Of a DNA stretch of 64,000 nucleotides, positions 1-9,897 are shown piece after piece. The stretch covers positions 288,001 to 352,000 of the forward strand of contig CBDCQT010000010.1 of assembly GCA_965220745.1 (NCBI GenBank). Direction: 5' to 3'. The DNA is from Alphaproteobacteria bacterium (lineage in GTDB: Bacteria; Pseudomonadota; Alphaproteobacteria; UBA828). The notes beneath the pieces are model-generated. The model made no database searches and was not told where the DNA came from. It was given only the letters and a program-made list of their open reading frames with translations. Both the position numbers and the translations under genes were made by a program. How positions within the stretch are numbered: position 1 is the first letter of the stretch; every line of letters begins with the position of its first letter.

Positions 1-503
1 CCATCTTCACCGGCATGGGCAGCCTCTCCTACGGCGAGCTCGCGGGCGAGCGCATGCAGCTCGGCCTGCTGCTCCACGACCCGGAGGAGGAGCACGACTG
101 CTTCAGTGACAACACCCATGCCTCGCACTACTACGACGCGCTCGGCATCCAGAACATCTATCTGGGCACCTACGAGCGCATTGACGGCTCGGTGGTGCAG
201 GGCCCAAGCGTTTCGGACCTGGTCGCGGCGGTATCGCCCGATGCCGATGCAGCGCTGCGCTCACGGCTCGACGCCACCATGGCAGCGATGGGCGAGGTCG
301 TCGCCGCGGCCGAGGGCGGCGAGGCCTACGACCAGCAGATCGGCGAGGGCAACCCGGCGGGCAACGCACGGGTTCAGGCGGCGATCGATGCGCTGACGGC
401 GCAGACGAGCGCGATCGAAGGCGCGGTCGCGACGCTCAACCTAGCCGCAATCGACTTCGAAGGCTCGGACAGCCTGGACGATCCCGAGGCCGTGTTCGAG
501 TAA
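1..503 (+). CDS. Imelysin-family (iron-regulated protein A-like) protein, C-terminal part; 5' end outside window
   Basis: GMGSLSYGELAGERM...DPEEEHDCFSDNTH motif typical of imelysin/peptidase M75 proteins; frame is open from the window start. Confidence 0.85.
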   Translation, partial: IFTGMGSLSYGELAGERMQLGLLLHDPEEEHDCFSDNTHASHYYDALGIQNIYLGTYERIDGSVVQGPSVSDLVAAVSPDADAALRSRLDATMAAMGEVVAAAEGGEAYDQQIGEGNPAGNARVQAAIDALTAQTSAIEGAVATLNLAAIDFEGSDSLDDPEAVFE

Positions 504-659
504 GCGCTTTCCCGGCGGTCTGCTGAGCAGAGCAGCACGGCAGACCGGGGCCGCCCCGCTCAACCCCCTGCGGGGCGGCCCCAAGCCGGTCCATCCGCTC
601 TATTGCCGCAGGCGGCGAGCACCGCCTCGGCGATGACCGGACTGCACAATACTGGCTGC

Positions 660-1652
660 TCAGGCGCCGCGCTCGTCCATACCCAGCAGGTTTCGGGGCA
701 CCTCGCCGTCCAGCCATCGGCGCACGTTGCGCGCGCCCTGGCGCATCGCCTCAACCTGCGCGCCCGCCACGCTCGCCGAGTTATGCGGCGCGGCGATCAC
801 GTTGGGCAGGTCTAGGAACGGGTGGTCGATGCGGAACACGCCATGCCGTACCGGCTCGATCCACCACGATTCTAGGCACGCGAAGAACCGCTCGTTTTCG
901 ACCAGATGGCGATAGAGCGCGGCCTGGTCGATGATCTCGCCGCGCGCGACATTGACCAGGATCGCGTCCTCCTTCATCCAGCCGAGCTCGCGTGCGCCGA
1001 TCAGCCCCGCCGTCGCACCCGTCAGCGACATCGAGACGACGACGACATCGGCGCGGCGGAGCACATCTTCCAACGCCGCCACGGTGCCGATGAACGCCAC
1101 CTCCTCGTCGGTCTCGCCGCTGCGGTTGATGGCGTGGATCTCGGCACCCAGCGCCCGGAACAACCGGGCCGCAGCGCGCCCTGCGCCGCCGAAGCCGACA
1201 ATCGCGCAAGCCGCTCCCTTGAGCGTCTTGTTGTCGACGAACTGGTTGAACCGTCCTTCCCGCATCTCCTGGTGCTCGACTGGCAGACGCTTGGCCGCGG
1301 CCAGCGTGATGGCCAGCACGAACTCCGCCATCGGGCCGGCGTAGGCGCCCGCGTTCGAGGCAATGGGCAGATCGCGCGGGAAGAGATGCAGCGGCACGTG
1401 ATCGACGCCTGCGGTCAGGAGCTGCACGAAGCCGAGCGACGTCATCGCTGCGACATCGTCGGCCGTGATCTCGATCCGGGGATTCAGGGCGATCAGCACA
1501 CGCGCCCGCGCCCGCGCCGCGTCCCAGCTCTCAGGCGAGAGATCGGGTTTGAAAAGCAGTTCGGATCGGGAGCCGAGCCGCTGGCGGTAGGCGGCGCGCG
1601 CCTCCGGCGGCGGGTCGTGGGTGACGAGAATGCAGGGAGGAGTCGTGATCAT
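660..1652 (-). CDS. D-isomer-specific 2-hydroxyacid dehydrogenase (NAD-binding)
   Basis: IVGFGGAG Rossmann motif, LVNVARG, NVIAAPHN catalytic His. Confidence 0.9.
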   Translation of the reverse strand: MITTPPCILVTHDPPPEARAAYRQRLGSRSELLFKPDLSPESWDAARARARVLIALNPRIEITADDVAAMTSLGFVQLLTAGVDHVPLHLFPRDLPIASNAGAYAGPMAEFVLAITLAAAKRLPVEHQEMREGRFNQFVDNKTLKGAACAIVGFGGAGRAAARLFRALGAEIHAINRSGETDEEVAFIGTVAALEDVLRRADVVVVSMSLTGATAGLIGARELGWMKEDAILVNVARGEIIDQAALYRHLVENERFFACLESWWIEPVRHGVFRIDHPFLDLPNVIAAPHNSASVAGAQVEAMRQGARNVRRWLDGEVPRNLLGMDERGA

Positions 1653-1861
1653 CCGGGAAGGGCCAGCGAGCGGATGGGTGCGCCGAGGATGTATAGCAGA
1701 CCGCCCGCGTCAGGGCTCGCTTGAGCACGTTTAGCGGCCGCAAAGGACGTCGGCAGGCGTGGTCACGGGGCGCTGCGGGCGGGTGAGGCGCCGGGCGCAT
1801 GTCAATTAACCAAAAGGGGCTAATCGTTGACTTATAGTTCATATGGGAATACCTGAATTGA

Positions 1862-2731
1862 ATGATCGACCTGGATACCAAGCAGCTTCATTCGTTCTTG
1901 CGTCTTGTGGAGACTGGGAGCTTCTCCAAGGCTGCCCGGCAGATCGGCTGCTCGCAGGCCACGATGTCGGTTCGGATCCAGAAGCTGGAGGAAGCATTCG
2001 GCGCCCTGCTGTTCGAACGGGGCCATCACGAGGTGAGCCTGACGGCGGAAGGGCGTGATCTGCTACCCGACATCCGTTCGCTCGTCGATCTGCAGGACCG
2101 AGTGGTGCGGCGTTTGCAGTCCAAACGGGTCATCGGCGAGGTCAGACTCGGCATTGCCGAGGGCTTCGAGACGGCGCTTCTGCCGGAGCTTCTCGGCTAC
2201 ATGCTGCGGAACCATGCCGCCGCCGAGCTCGACATCCATTGCCTGCCGAGCTGGCGGCTGCAGCAGATGACCGAGGCCCGTTCGCTGGATCTCGCCGTCG
2301 TCGCGTTGACCGAGGAGGCGCCGGCGGAAGCGGTGCTGAGTCGCCCGCAGCTTCATTGGGTGTGTGCGCCCGGCTTCGCGCTCGACCCTTCAATGCCGGT
2401 CCCGGTCGCCTGGAATACGGACAACTGCTTCCTGCAGGCCGCGGCGGCGACTGCGCTCGAGGATCGGGGTATCGCCTATCGCGAGGTGCTGCGCAGCGCC
2501 GACCCGCGGATCGCCCTGGCTGCGGTCGAAGCCGGAATGGGCGTCACCGTCATGGCCGAGGGGACCATACCCAGGCCATTGAGCGTGATGTCCATGTCCT
2601 CGACCCTGCCGCCGCTGGGCAGGGGCAGCATCCAGTTGCTGGAGGGGCCGGCCCCTCAGTCCGAGGCAGTCGCAACGGTCAAGCGGCAGATCGAGCGCGC
2701 GTACAGGGAGGCCGAAGCAGCGGCCGCCTGA
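1862..2731 (+). CDS. LysR-family transcriptional regulator
   Basis: N-terminal HTH GSFSKAARQIGCSQATMSVRIQKLE plus substrate-binding domain; divergent from the dehydrogenase. Confidence 0.95.
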   Translation: MIDLDTKQLHSFLRLVETGSFSKAARQIGCSQATMSVRIQKLEEAFGALLFERGHHEVSLTAEGRDLLPDIRSLVDLQDRVVRRLQSKRVIGEVRLGIAEGFETALLPELLGYMLRNHAAAELDIHCLPSWRLQQMTEARSLDLAVVALTEEAPAEAVLSRPQLHWVCAPGFALDPSMPVPVAWNTDNCFLQAAAATALEDRGIAYREVLRSADPRIALAAVEAGMGVTVMAEGTIPRPLSVMSMSSTLPPLGRGSIQLLEGPAPQSEAVATVKRQIERAYREAEAAAA

Positions 2732-2835
2732 CGGGCGCCACGCGGGAACACCCGCCTCCCTTCCTCTCTCGGGTTCTCACGTCACAATGCGCCCAGCGTC
2801 GCGTCTGGGACGAGTGACGCCGCACGCCGCGCACC

Positions 2836-3687
2836 TTAGACGACCCGCACCTTATCGCCTCTCTTCACCGTGCCGCCCCGGATGACGAAGCCGTAGACAC
2901 CCGCGCAGGGAAGCGACTCGCCGTCCAGCACGGGGACGGGGAGCGTGTTGTGCTCGACCAGGGTGCGGAGAACTTGTGGGTCTTTCTCCAAGCTCTCCTG
3001 CGCCAGCGTGGGCACGGAGCAGCGCGGCGTCGGGTCGGAGATGCGGAGCCGTACCTCGTCGCCGATCGCGAGCTCGCGCCCGACCCAGTCGTTCTCGACG
3101 AAACCCGTCTGGCCATCGGGAGTCGCGATCGTCACATTGGGGCGAAAGCGGCGGGCACTGAACTGGGAGGCGGGGCGGAGCTCGGCAAGGCGCGCCATCG
3201 TTGCCGTGGTTATGAGGTGGAGCGCCGCATAGTCGGAGAACCGGCCCGCCATCATCAGCTCGCCGATATCGACGATGGTCTCCTCGTCGGCGAGCGGGTC
3301 GAGGCGTTCGAGGCTGGGCGCCTCTGGCCGCTTCGTCGTGAGCGTGACCGGCCGCCCCAGGGTCTCGGAGAGGCGGGCATCGGGGGCGCCGCCGTCGCTC
3401 AAAATCGCTGTGCCGTCGGGCCAGACGATGCGCACCGGCGGAAGCGGCGCGCCTGGCTGGGGTGGCACGACGAAATCGGCGGCAAGCGCCATCAGACCGG
3501 CCCACTTCTTCGGAGTCTTGGCGCTCCCCACCCGGCCATTGGCCTTGTCGATCACCGCATAGGCGCGGTCGCCCAGGATGCCGCCCTCGGTAATCAGCGC
3601 CTCGTCGATCTTGGTGCCGGCCATCGACTTGACCGGATAACGCCAGAGCGCCTTGACGGTGCCGCCGCTCGTTCCTTGCGATGCCAT
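2836..3687 (-). CDS. MOSC domain-containing protein
   Basis: LWRYPVKSM, GDRAYA, RRFRPN, PTPRC motifs; ATG at 3687 follows an AAGGAAAGG RBS. Confidence 0.9.
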   Translation of the reverse strand: MASQGTSGGTVKALWRYPVKSMAGTKIDEALITEGGILGDRAYAVIDKANGRVGSAKTPKKWAGLMALAADFVVPPQPGAPLPPVRIVWPDGTAILSDGGAPDARLSETLGRPVTLTTKRPEAPSLERLDPLADEETIVDIGELMMAGRFSDYAALHLITTATMARLAELRPASQFSARRFRPNVTIATPDGQTGFVENDWVGRELAIGDEVRLRISDPTPRCSVPTLAQESLEKDPQVLRTLVEHNTLPVPVLDGESLPCAGVYGFVIRGGTVKRGDKVRVV

Positions 3688-3736
3688 GATCGCCCTTTCC
3701 TTGCTGCCAGTGAGTCGTCGTTCGGGAGTGCCCACA

Positions 3737-4213
3737 TTATGGGGCGAGGAGGTCGTGGCTCCGGTGCCAGTCCTCGAGCGACTGATCGGGATACTCAGGA
3801 TAGTGCGGGTCGCGCTTGCCCGACGGAATCCTGACCCAGCCGGGCGCGTAGTCCACCATGATATGGCAGCGCTCGGGCGGTGCCGGCAGGGGCGTGTCGA
3901 TGGCCGACGCGAAAGGATGGATCAACTCCGGCCAGCGCGGGTCCCAGACCCAGAGAGCGCTGCCGCAGTGGCCGCAGAAGCGCCGCTCCGCCGGGCTCTC
4001 GCTATCGTCCTCCAGCCTTGCACGATAGACCTTGATGGAGCGTTTGCCCGTGACGCTCAGCGTCTCCGCCTCGCCGCCGAGATTGATGGCGTAGCCGCCG
4101 CCACCTGCGGTCTTCCGGCAGATCGAGCAGTAGCAAAACATGTAGGGCTGCGGCGTCTTCGACTGGAGCGAAAACCGCACCGCTCGGCAGTAGCACGAGC
4201 CTTCCAGCAGCAT
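3737..4213 (-). CDS. GFA (CENP-V) family Zn-binding protein
   Basis: EGSCYC, CYCSICRK and RRFCGHCGS cysteine motifs. Confidence 0.92.
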   Translation of the reverse strand: MLLEGSCYCRAVRFSLQSKTPQPYMFCYCSICRKTAGGGGYAINLGGEAETLSVTGKRSIKVYRARLEDDSESPAERRFCGHCGSALWVWDPRWPELIHPFASAIDTPLPAPPERCHIMVDYAPGWVRIPSGKRDPHYPEYPDQSLEDWHRSHDLLAP

Positions 4214-4246
4214 GGGTTCCTCTCCCTGTTTGCGCTCTCGCGGGCG

Positions 4247-4885
4247 CTACATGGCCTTGGAGAAGTCTCCGGTGGCCGGGTTCATGGTCCAGAGTTCACC
4301 GTGGGCGATGTCGAACCAGGCACCATGCAGGCTAAGCCGCTCGCGGTCCTCCAGGATCGAGACGCACGGGAATGTCCGAAGGTTCGCGATCGAGTGACGG
4401 ATGGAAGCGCGCTCAAGAGCGGTCTGCCGCTCGGCGTCCGTTAGTAGACCGCCGGCTTCGATCTCGCTTGCGGCGGGGCCGAGCAGCTTCATCCACTTGC
4501 CGATGAAATCGCCCGGAGAGAGCGGTTCCGCCGCCGGATGCAGCACCGCACTGATACCCCCGCATCGGCCGTGACCGAGCACCACGATGTGCCGGACCCG
4601 TAGGCTCTGCACGGCGAACTCCAGCGCGGCCGAGGTACTTTCGTAGGCGCCGTCCGGCTCATAAGGCGGCACCAGATTGGCGACGTTGCGGACGACGAAG
4701 ATCTCGCCCGGTGCCGCGTTGAAGATGGTCTCCGGCGCCGCGCGGGAGTCGCAGCAGGCGATGATCATGACCTCGGGTTTCTGCCCGTCCTCGGCGAGCG
4801 AGCGGTAGCGGGCGTGCTCCCGGGCGTAGCGGTCGTCCTTGAACGATTGGTAGCCGTGAAGGAGCGAATGCGGGAATTCGGTCAT
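4247..4885 (-). CDS. Beta-class carbonic anhydrase
   Basis: CCDSR, VRNVAN and GHGRCGG zinc-ligand motifs. Confidence 0.95.
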   Translation of the reverse strand: MTEFPHSLLHGYQSFKDDRYAREHARYRSLAEDGQKPEVMIIACCDSRAAPETIFNAAPGEIFVVRNVANLVPPYEPDGAYESTSAALEFAVQSLRVRHIVVLGHGRCGGISAVLHPAAEPLSPGDFIGKWMKLLGPAASEIEAGGLLTDAERQTALERASIRHSIANLRTFPCVSILEDRERLSLHGAWFDIAHGELWTMNPATGDFSKAM

Positions 4886-4986
4886 CGGAAGCCAGCCGTA
4901 CTCGTCAGCGCGTGGTCGGCCGGCGGGCAGTCGTGGGTGCGCCGTGCCGATGACGACCCTGCCGGCAATTACAGGCTAACGCCACT

Positions 4987-5073
4987 CTATTTCATGGACC
5001 GATCGACGTGCTCTGAGCGCCAGCGCGGGATCAGCATGCGGATCAGCGTCGATCCCTTGTCGATGAAGGTGTG
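4987..5073 (-). pseudogene. Displaced native 3' end of the cytochrome b561 gene at 30761-31294
   Basis: Reads HTFIDKGSTLIRMLIPRWRSEHVDRSMK*; joins in frame to ...AALK at 30803 through the 11-bp repeat, giving the family-typical ALKHxFIDKxxTLxRML. Confidence 0.9.
5063..5073 (+). repeat. Left att core, ATGAAGGTGTG
   Basis: Identical 11-mer at 30792-30802. Confidence 0.9.
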
Positions 5074-5390
5074 ACAACTTGCAGGCAGGACTAGCTCTCG
5101 GTTACACATCTGATCAGCGTTGCGATCTCCTCCAATACTGTCCATTTTACAGACACTTGGACGTCTTGTCAACGGATTTCGCGTGGAGAGACGGGGTCCA
5201 TAAGGCAGAATCCTCGATAGCTCGATAGTTGCATTCGGGGACTTGACGTATTTCATTCGAATGCGGGCGACGCAATCTGGTTGTACTCTCTCGAAGCCCT
5301 TGCAGAACTTGATTTTTCAATCCATAACACATATGTAACGTTGTCTCTGGCAGCTATCGAGCCGGTAGGCGAGGCGTTGGCACATTTCGC

Positions 5391-5455
5391 GCGTATTGCG
5401 CGCGTAATACGCAGCAAAATTTGCCCACCTTATGGCGACACAGGCACGACACAGG
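5391..5455. promoter_or_regulatory. Candidate oriT / RHH operator region
   Basis: Near-perfect palindrome GCGTATT-GCGCGCGT-AATACGC (5391-5412) and direct repeat CGACACAGG at 5436 and 5447 (11-bp period), directly upstream of the RHH genes. Confidence 0.45.
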
Positions 5456-5479
5456 AGGTCATACCGTGGGGCGGACGGC

Positions 5480-5806
5480 ATGAGCGGGGCAGCCGAGGGG
5501 CGCAAGCGGCAGCGCGCCATGATGGCCACAGACAGCGACTGGCAGGCGCTCAAGGAGCGCGCCGACGCTGCCGGTATGGATGTCTCGCGCTTCATTCTTG
5601 AGCGTCTGACGGCGCCTGTTGCGGTGCCGGCAGATCCGGTCATGACGCGCGATCTCGCGGTCGCAGTGGCGCGGATCGAGCGCATGGTCAGGGTGCTCTA
5701 CGAGGTCGAGAAAGAACGCGTCGAGGGTTCCGCAGGGGCGGATACCTGGCAGGCTCTGGTGCGCCGTGCCGGTGCACGGATTAATGCCGAGGAGGCACTC
5801 GGGTGA
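5480..5806 (+). CDS. Ribbon-helix-helix protein (MobC/TrwA-like) 1
   Basis: AMMATDSDWQALKERADAAGMDVSRFILERL fits the RHH pattern; GTGA overlap with next gene. Confidence 0.75.
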   Translation: MSGAAEGRKRQRAMMATDSDWQALKERADAAGMDVSRFILERLTAPVAVPADPVMTRDLAVAVARIERMVRVLYEVEKERVEGSAGADTWQALVRRAGARINAEEALG

Positions 5807-6162
5807 CGGCAATCGAGGGAGGCGGGAAGCGGGAGATTGCGCGCATCCGCAGCATCTACTGCTCGCCGGAGAACCGCGCATTGATCGGACGCCGGGCCAA
5901 GGAGGCGGGGATGAGTTTCTCGCGCTTCATGATCGCCTGCGCGCTTCATGGGGCAGACGCCGACGACGACGAGGGTCCTCGCCTTGTCCTGTCCGAGGAT
6001 GAGCAGCGGCAGCTACATGAGCGCGTGGCGCTTCTTGACCGGTGCAACGAGGCGCTGCTGTCGCGTCTGCCGGGGACGGAGATATCGGCGCTCGGCGCAC
6101 TCGCCTTCCTGGTTCGGGAAGCTCGTACCGGGTTCGGCGACGAGAGCGGGGACGGTTCATGA
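5803..6162 (+). CDS. Ribbon-helix-helix protein (MobC-like) 2
   Basis: RSIYCSPENRALIGRRAKEAGMSFSRFMIACAL; ATGA overlap with next gene. Confidence 0.75.
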   Translation: MTAIEGGGKREIARIRSIYCSPENRALIGRRAKEAGMSFSRFMIACALHGADADDDEGPRLVLSEDEQRQLHERVALLDRCNEALLSRLPGTEISALGALAFLVREARTGFGDESGDGS

Positions 6163-6605
6163 GGCGGCGTGGCCGGCGCCTGCCGAAGGCGTACTCGCTC
6201 TCCTGCACCGACAGCGATTGGGGACGCGTGCGGGTTCTGGCCGAGCGAAAGGGGCTCTCCATCTCACGCTACATGGTCGAGTGCGGGCTCACCGTGGACC
6301 CGACGACAGAGCCTGAGCCGCTGCCCCGGCTCGTGCTGGACGAGGCGGAGCAGCGCACCCTTCTGGACCATGTGACCGCCATTGCGGAGCGCACGGTGGA
6401 GGCAGAGACGGACGAGGCGGTGATGACGAGGGTGCGCAACTCTCTCGCCTTCCTGGCCGAGGAGACGATGCGAACCATGATGCGCGACGGCCGCGAGGAG
6501 GAGCTGCGGGCAACTCTGACAGAGCTCTTCGGCGAGCAGGTCGCAGCGGCGACCGGCGACCGCCTCCGCGCGCGCACGAGCGTCGAGAGTCCGGGCTCGC
6601 AGTGA
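6159..6605 (+). CDS. Ribbon-helix-helix protein (MobC-like) 3
   Basis: YSLSCTDSDWGRVRVLAERKGLSISRYMVECGL; shares PRLVLxExEQRxLxxxV with RHH 2. Confidence 0.75.
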   Translation: MRRRGRRLPKAYSLSCTDSDWGRVRVLAERKGLSISRYMVECGLTVDPTTEPEPLPRLVLDEAEQRTLLDHVTAIAERTVEAETDEAVMTRVRNSLAFLAEETMRTMMRDGREEELRATLTELFGEQVAAATGDRLRARTSVESPGSQ

Positions 6606-6696
6606 TGGAAGGGCGCCCCGCCGCCGGTTGTAGGAGACCGACTCCATACCGGGAGTTCGGGCCAGTGGTGATTGAATTCAAAGCCGGCGGGGCGCA

Positions 6697-9600
6697 TCAG
6701 AGTTCGAGGCCCATGTCGATGTCGCGCTCTATTGCCTTGCTGGCTTCGAGTTCCTGCTGACGGCGTTCGATCTCGGCCTTGTCCGATGCCAGGGTGGACT
6801 CGATCCGCGCCGACATGCGCCTGAGGTCGTCCTCCGCGCCCGGCCGGCTGTCGAGATGCGTGCCGAAGGTCTCGGGATCGTCGAGGATGCGGCGGCAGCC
6901 GTCGAGGGCGCGCTGGGCGTCCTCGCTCCATTCTTTGTAGCCGGGATCCTCGGTGACATGGGCGCGCTTACTGGCAGCGATAGCCGCGTGCTCTTCCCGC
7001 TGCCGGATCGAGGCGGCGGCCGCTGACAGAGCCCGGTCCAGGAAGCGCTCCGCAGCCTTGCGGTTCTCCTTCGTCGCCTCGTCCAGGACCGTCTCCTTCT
7101 CCGCAGGCGGTTGCCGGGGAGCTGTCTCCGCCGAGACCGAGGTCGAGTCGGGGGTCGAGACCGAGGTTGCGACCTCGAACTGCTCGCCGATGGCCTTGAG
7201 CGCCGACATCTCCCCGGCAGGGGCGGTCTCCAGCGCCTCGATCAGCGCCTCGCGGTCGTCGGTCAGCAGCACCACGTTGTCGCGGGCGCGGGTCAGCTCC
7301 ACATAGAAGGTCGCCTGATCGGCGACTCCCCCGCGCTCGGTATCCAGGACGGCGATGGCCCGGTCGCAGGTGATTCCCTGGGCAGCATGCACGGTCGACG
7401 AGTAGGCATGGTCAAGGTGGTGAAGCTGAGAATCGTCGCGGGTCATGACGATCTCGCGCCCGTCCCGGGTGCGTATCGTGACGTTCACCCGTCGGATGGA
7501 CAGCACTTCGGCATGCTCACCGTTGATCAGGCTTCGCGCGGGATCGTTGCGGGTCCAGCGCACCCTGTCGCCGGCCTTGAGCACCATCGGCCGGGTCTCG
7601 AAGAGATCGAGGCGGTAGCGGATATAGCCGGAGGGGTCGATGGTGCGCTCCTTGCCGCCGGGAAGGGTGAGCACGACGCGCTCGTCTCCCACCTCCGCCA
7701 CACGGCAGGCATCGCCCGCCTTCGCACGGACGCCGTAGACGTCGTGATGGAATATGGCGACGTCGCCCTCGCGGTAGTTGGCGATATCGCCCTTCTGCGA
7801 GCGGGTCAGGTGGAGATTGACGTAGCGCTCGATCTCCAGCTCGGGGCCGTGCAGCACTCCTTCGTCTTCGAGGCCGTGGCGGACGGCGGCGTTGATCTCG
7901 GCTCTGAGCTCGTGCGTGGGCGCGAGGATGGCCGTTCCGGGCCGCAGGTGAGGATCGAGGTCGAGCCAGAGTTGCGCCGCCTTCCTGCCGAGCTCGTCGC
8001 CGTCAGTCTCCAGGACGCCGTTGCCGAGTTCTTCGACCGCAAGGCGCGGCTCGTCCGCCACCATGTGCAGCACCGCCTGCCGCAGGTCCGCGTCGCGCTG
8101 GCGCACCACCTCGTCCATCCTGGCGGTGGGCATCCCTGCGTCCTGCAGCAGGGCGAAGGGCTGGCCGGCCTCGACGGCCCGCAGCTGCCTGCGGTCGCCG
8201 ATCAGCGCGAGCCGCTCCACGCCGGCCTCGACCGCGACCCGCGTCAAGGCCCGCATCTGGGTCGTGCCGACCATCGACGCCTCGTCCAGGATCAGCAACG
8301 AGCCGCCCAGGGCCTTGCGGGCATCCTCCATTTTCTCAGGGGCAGCGATGCCGTCGCCCACGTCGCGGTAGCGCGTGAGGAACCACTGGAGAGTGCGCGC
8401 CGGGATGTCGGCTTCGCCTTCGAGCACGCGCGCGGCGCTCGCCGAGGGGGCCAGTCCGACGATCTGCCGCCCGGCCAATTCGGCCACAGCACGCAGCATG
8501 GTGGTCTTGCCGGAGCCCGCATGGCCCTGCACCCCCACCGTGACATGAGGCGACAGCAGGATTCCGCGCACGGCATCGCGCTGGCCGGGGTTCAGCCCGG
8601 CAGCGTCCAGCCGCGCCTCCACCGCCTCTGCCGGCGCCAGGCCGTGTCCGGCGTTCAGGCCGGCGCGCATCCCGGCAATGATCTCGCGCTCGGCGTTGCG
8701 CGCCCGATCGGTGACGAAGGCCAGGTCTGCTCTCCGCGCCGTCGCTTCGATCAGGTGCCCGTCGCGACGGAGCCGGGCGATACCGGCGTCCAGCGCGTCG
8801 AGCGAGTGCCTGCCGCCCCCGTGGGCCAGCGCCCAGGCGCGCAGGTCGTTGGCGGAGAATACCGTGCGCCGCTCCTCCAGGTGCTCCACGGCCTGCCGCA
8901 CCACCGACAGTGCCGACGGAGCCGCTCGCGCCTCGCTCTGTAGAAACGCCGACGCTTCGACGCCGTTGCGGCCGCGCGCCGTGTCGCGATCGCGTGCGGG
9001 GCCGAGTTCCTGCGCCCGCGCCTGCCAGGTCTCCTGCAGGACCTGCCGGTCGGGCTCCGCCTTGCGACGCCGCGTATAGAGCGCGGCCTGCTGTGCTCTC
9101 GCTGGCGTGTTCTCCCAACCCCGCTCCTGCATGTAGTCCAACAACTCGCGGCGGCGGGTCGAGAACGCGTCCAGCATCGGCTTGCCGTAGCCCGCGATCT
9201 CGAACCCCGGCATCCTGCCCACCAGCGTCGGCACCGTGGCGTAGCCGATTTTCTCGAGCCCCATGCGCAGCTCGTTCCGGTAGTAGGCGCCGATGAGAAG
9301 CTTCGACCGCTCGACGGCGGTGAACTCGGCGCTGCGCCACTCCCCGTTCCGGCCGCGGGTCATGTTGGCGATCACGGCGTGCGTGTGCAGCTGCGGGTCG
9401 AGGTTGCGGCTTGCGAGATGCCGGAAAGTCGCCGCAGCCATGCCGTCGGCCTCCACCCTGGGCCGGCGCCCGGTTGCCGGGTCGTAGCTCCGGGTCTGCA
9501 ACAGCTCGGTCTCGATGAAGCCCAGCGTGGCGCGTACCGCCTCGTCGTGCGCCCTCACCACCCGCGCGCCGGTCTTCGGGGCCGCGTAGACCAGCGCCTC

Positions 9601-9891
9601 CAGGGATACTGACTTCGGCGCCGAGAGGGTCACGTCCACGCCTGGCCTGTGCTGGTGCTCGCCGTCACGCAACCGCCCGAGGCGAATATCGGTGCCGGGC
9701 ACGTATCCGGCCAGGAGTTCATCGAAGCGCTTCGGCTTCACCGGCCCGTGCAGGCCCATCAACGCCGCCGCCTCGCCGTACCAGCCGCTCGCCTTGCGGT
9801 GCTCCGGGTCTCCCTTCGCGTAGTAGCCGTCCGCCTCGAAGTAGTGCACCGTCGTGGCGGCAGCCTTCAGGCGCGTGACGGTCGCGACCAT
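6697..9891 (-). CDS. MobF (TrwC/TraI-like) relaxase-helicase
   Basis: N-terminal YFEADGYY tyrosines, DVTLSAPKSVS, DPQLHTHAVIAN HUH motif, QGHAGSGKTT Walker A, LDEASM, HAAQG, YVELTRAR. Confidence 0.95.
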   Translation of the reverse strand: MVATVTRLKAAATTVHYFEADGYYAKGDPEHRKASGWYGEAAALMGLHGPVKPKRFDELLAGYVPGTDIRLGRLRDGEHQHRPGVDVTLSAPKSVSLEALVYAAPKTGARVVRAHDEAVRATLGFIETELLQTRSYDPATGRRPRVEADGMAAATFRHLASRNLDPQLHTHAVIANMTRGRNGEWRSAEFTAVERSKLLIGAYYRNELRMGLEKIGYATVPTLVGRMPGFEIAGYGKPMLDAFSTRRRELLDYMQERGWENTPARAQQAALYTRRRKAEPDRQVLQETWQARAQELGPARDRDTARGRNGVEASAFLQSEARAAPSALSVVRQAVEHLEERRTVFSANDLRAWALAHGGGRHSLDALDAGIARLRRDGHLIEATARRADLAFVTDRARNAEREIIAGMRAGLNAGHGLAPAEAVEARLDAAGLNPGQRDAVRGILLSPHVTVGVQGHAGSGKTTMLRAVAELAGRQIVGLAPSASAARVLEGEADIPARTLQWFLTRYRDVGDGIAAPEKMEDARKALGGSLLILDEASMVGTTQMRALTRVAVEAGVERLALIGDRRQLRAVEAGQPFALLQDAGMPTARMDEVVRQRDADLRQAVLHMVADEPRLAVEELGNGVLETDGDELGRKAAQLWLDLDPHLRPGTAILAPTHELRAEINAAVRHGLEDEGVLHGPELEIERYVNLHLTRSQKGDIANYREGDVAIFHHDVYGVRAKAGDACRVAEVGDERVVLTLPGGKERTIDPSGYIRYRLDLFETRPMVLKAGDRVRWTRNDPARSLINGEHAEVLSIRRVNVTIRTRDGREIVMTRDDSQLHHLDHAYSSTVHAAQGITCDRAIAVLDTERGGVADQATFYVELTRARDNVVLLTDDREALIEALETAPAGEMSALKAIGEQFEVATSVSTPDSTSVSAETAPRQPPAEKETVLDEATKENRKAAERFLDRALSAAAASIRQREEHAAIAASKRAHVTEDPGYKEWSEDAQRALDGCRRILDDPETFGTHLDSRPGAEDDLRRMSARIESTLASDKAEIERRQQELEASKAIERDIDMGLEL

Positions 9892-9897
9892 GGCTGC

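Noticed and set aside
5074-5390. Possible tRNA at the island boundary
   Set aside because: No cloverleaf, T-loop or CCA recognised; the att site is explained by yceJ
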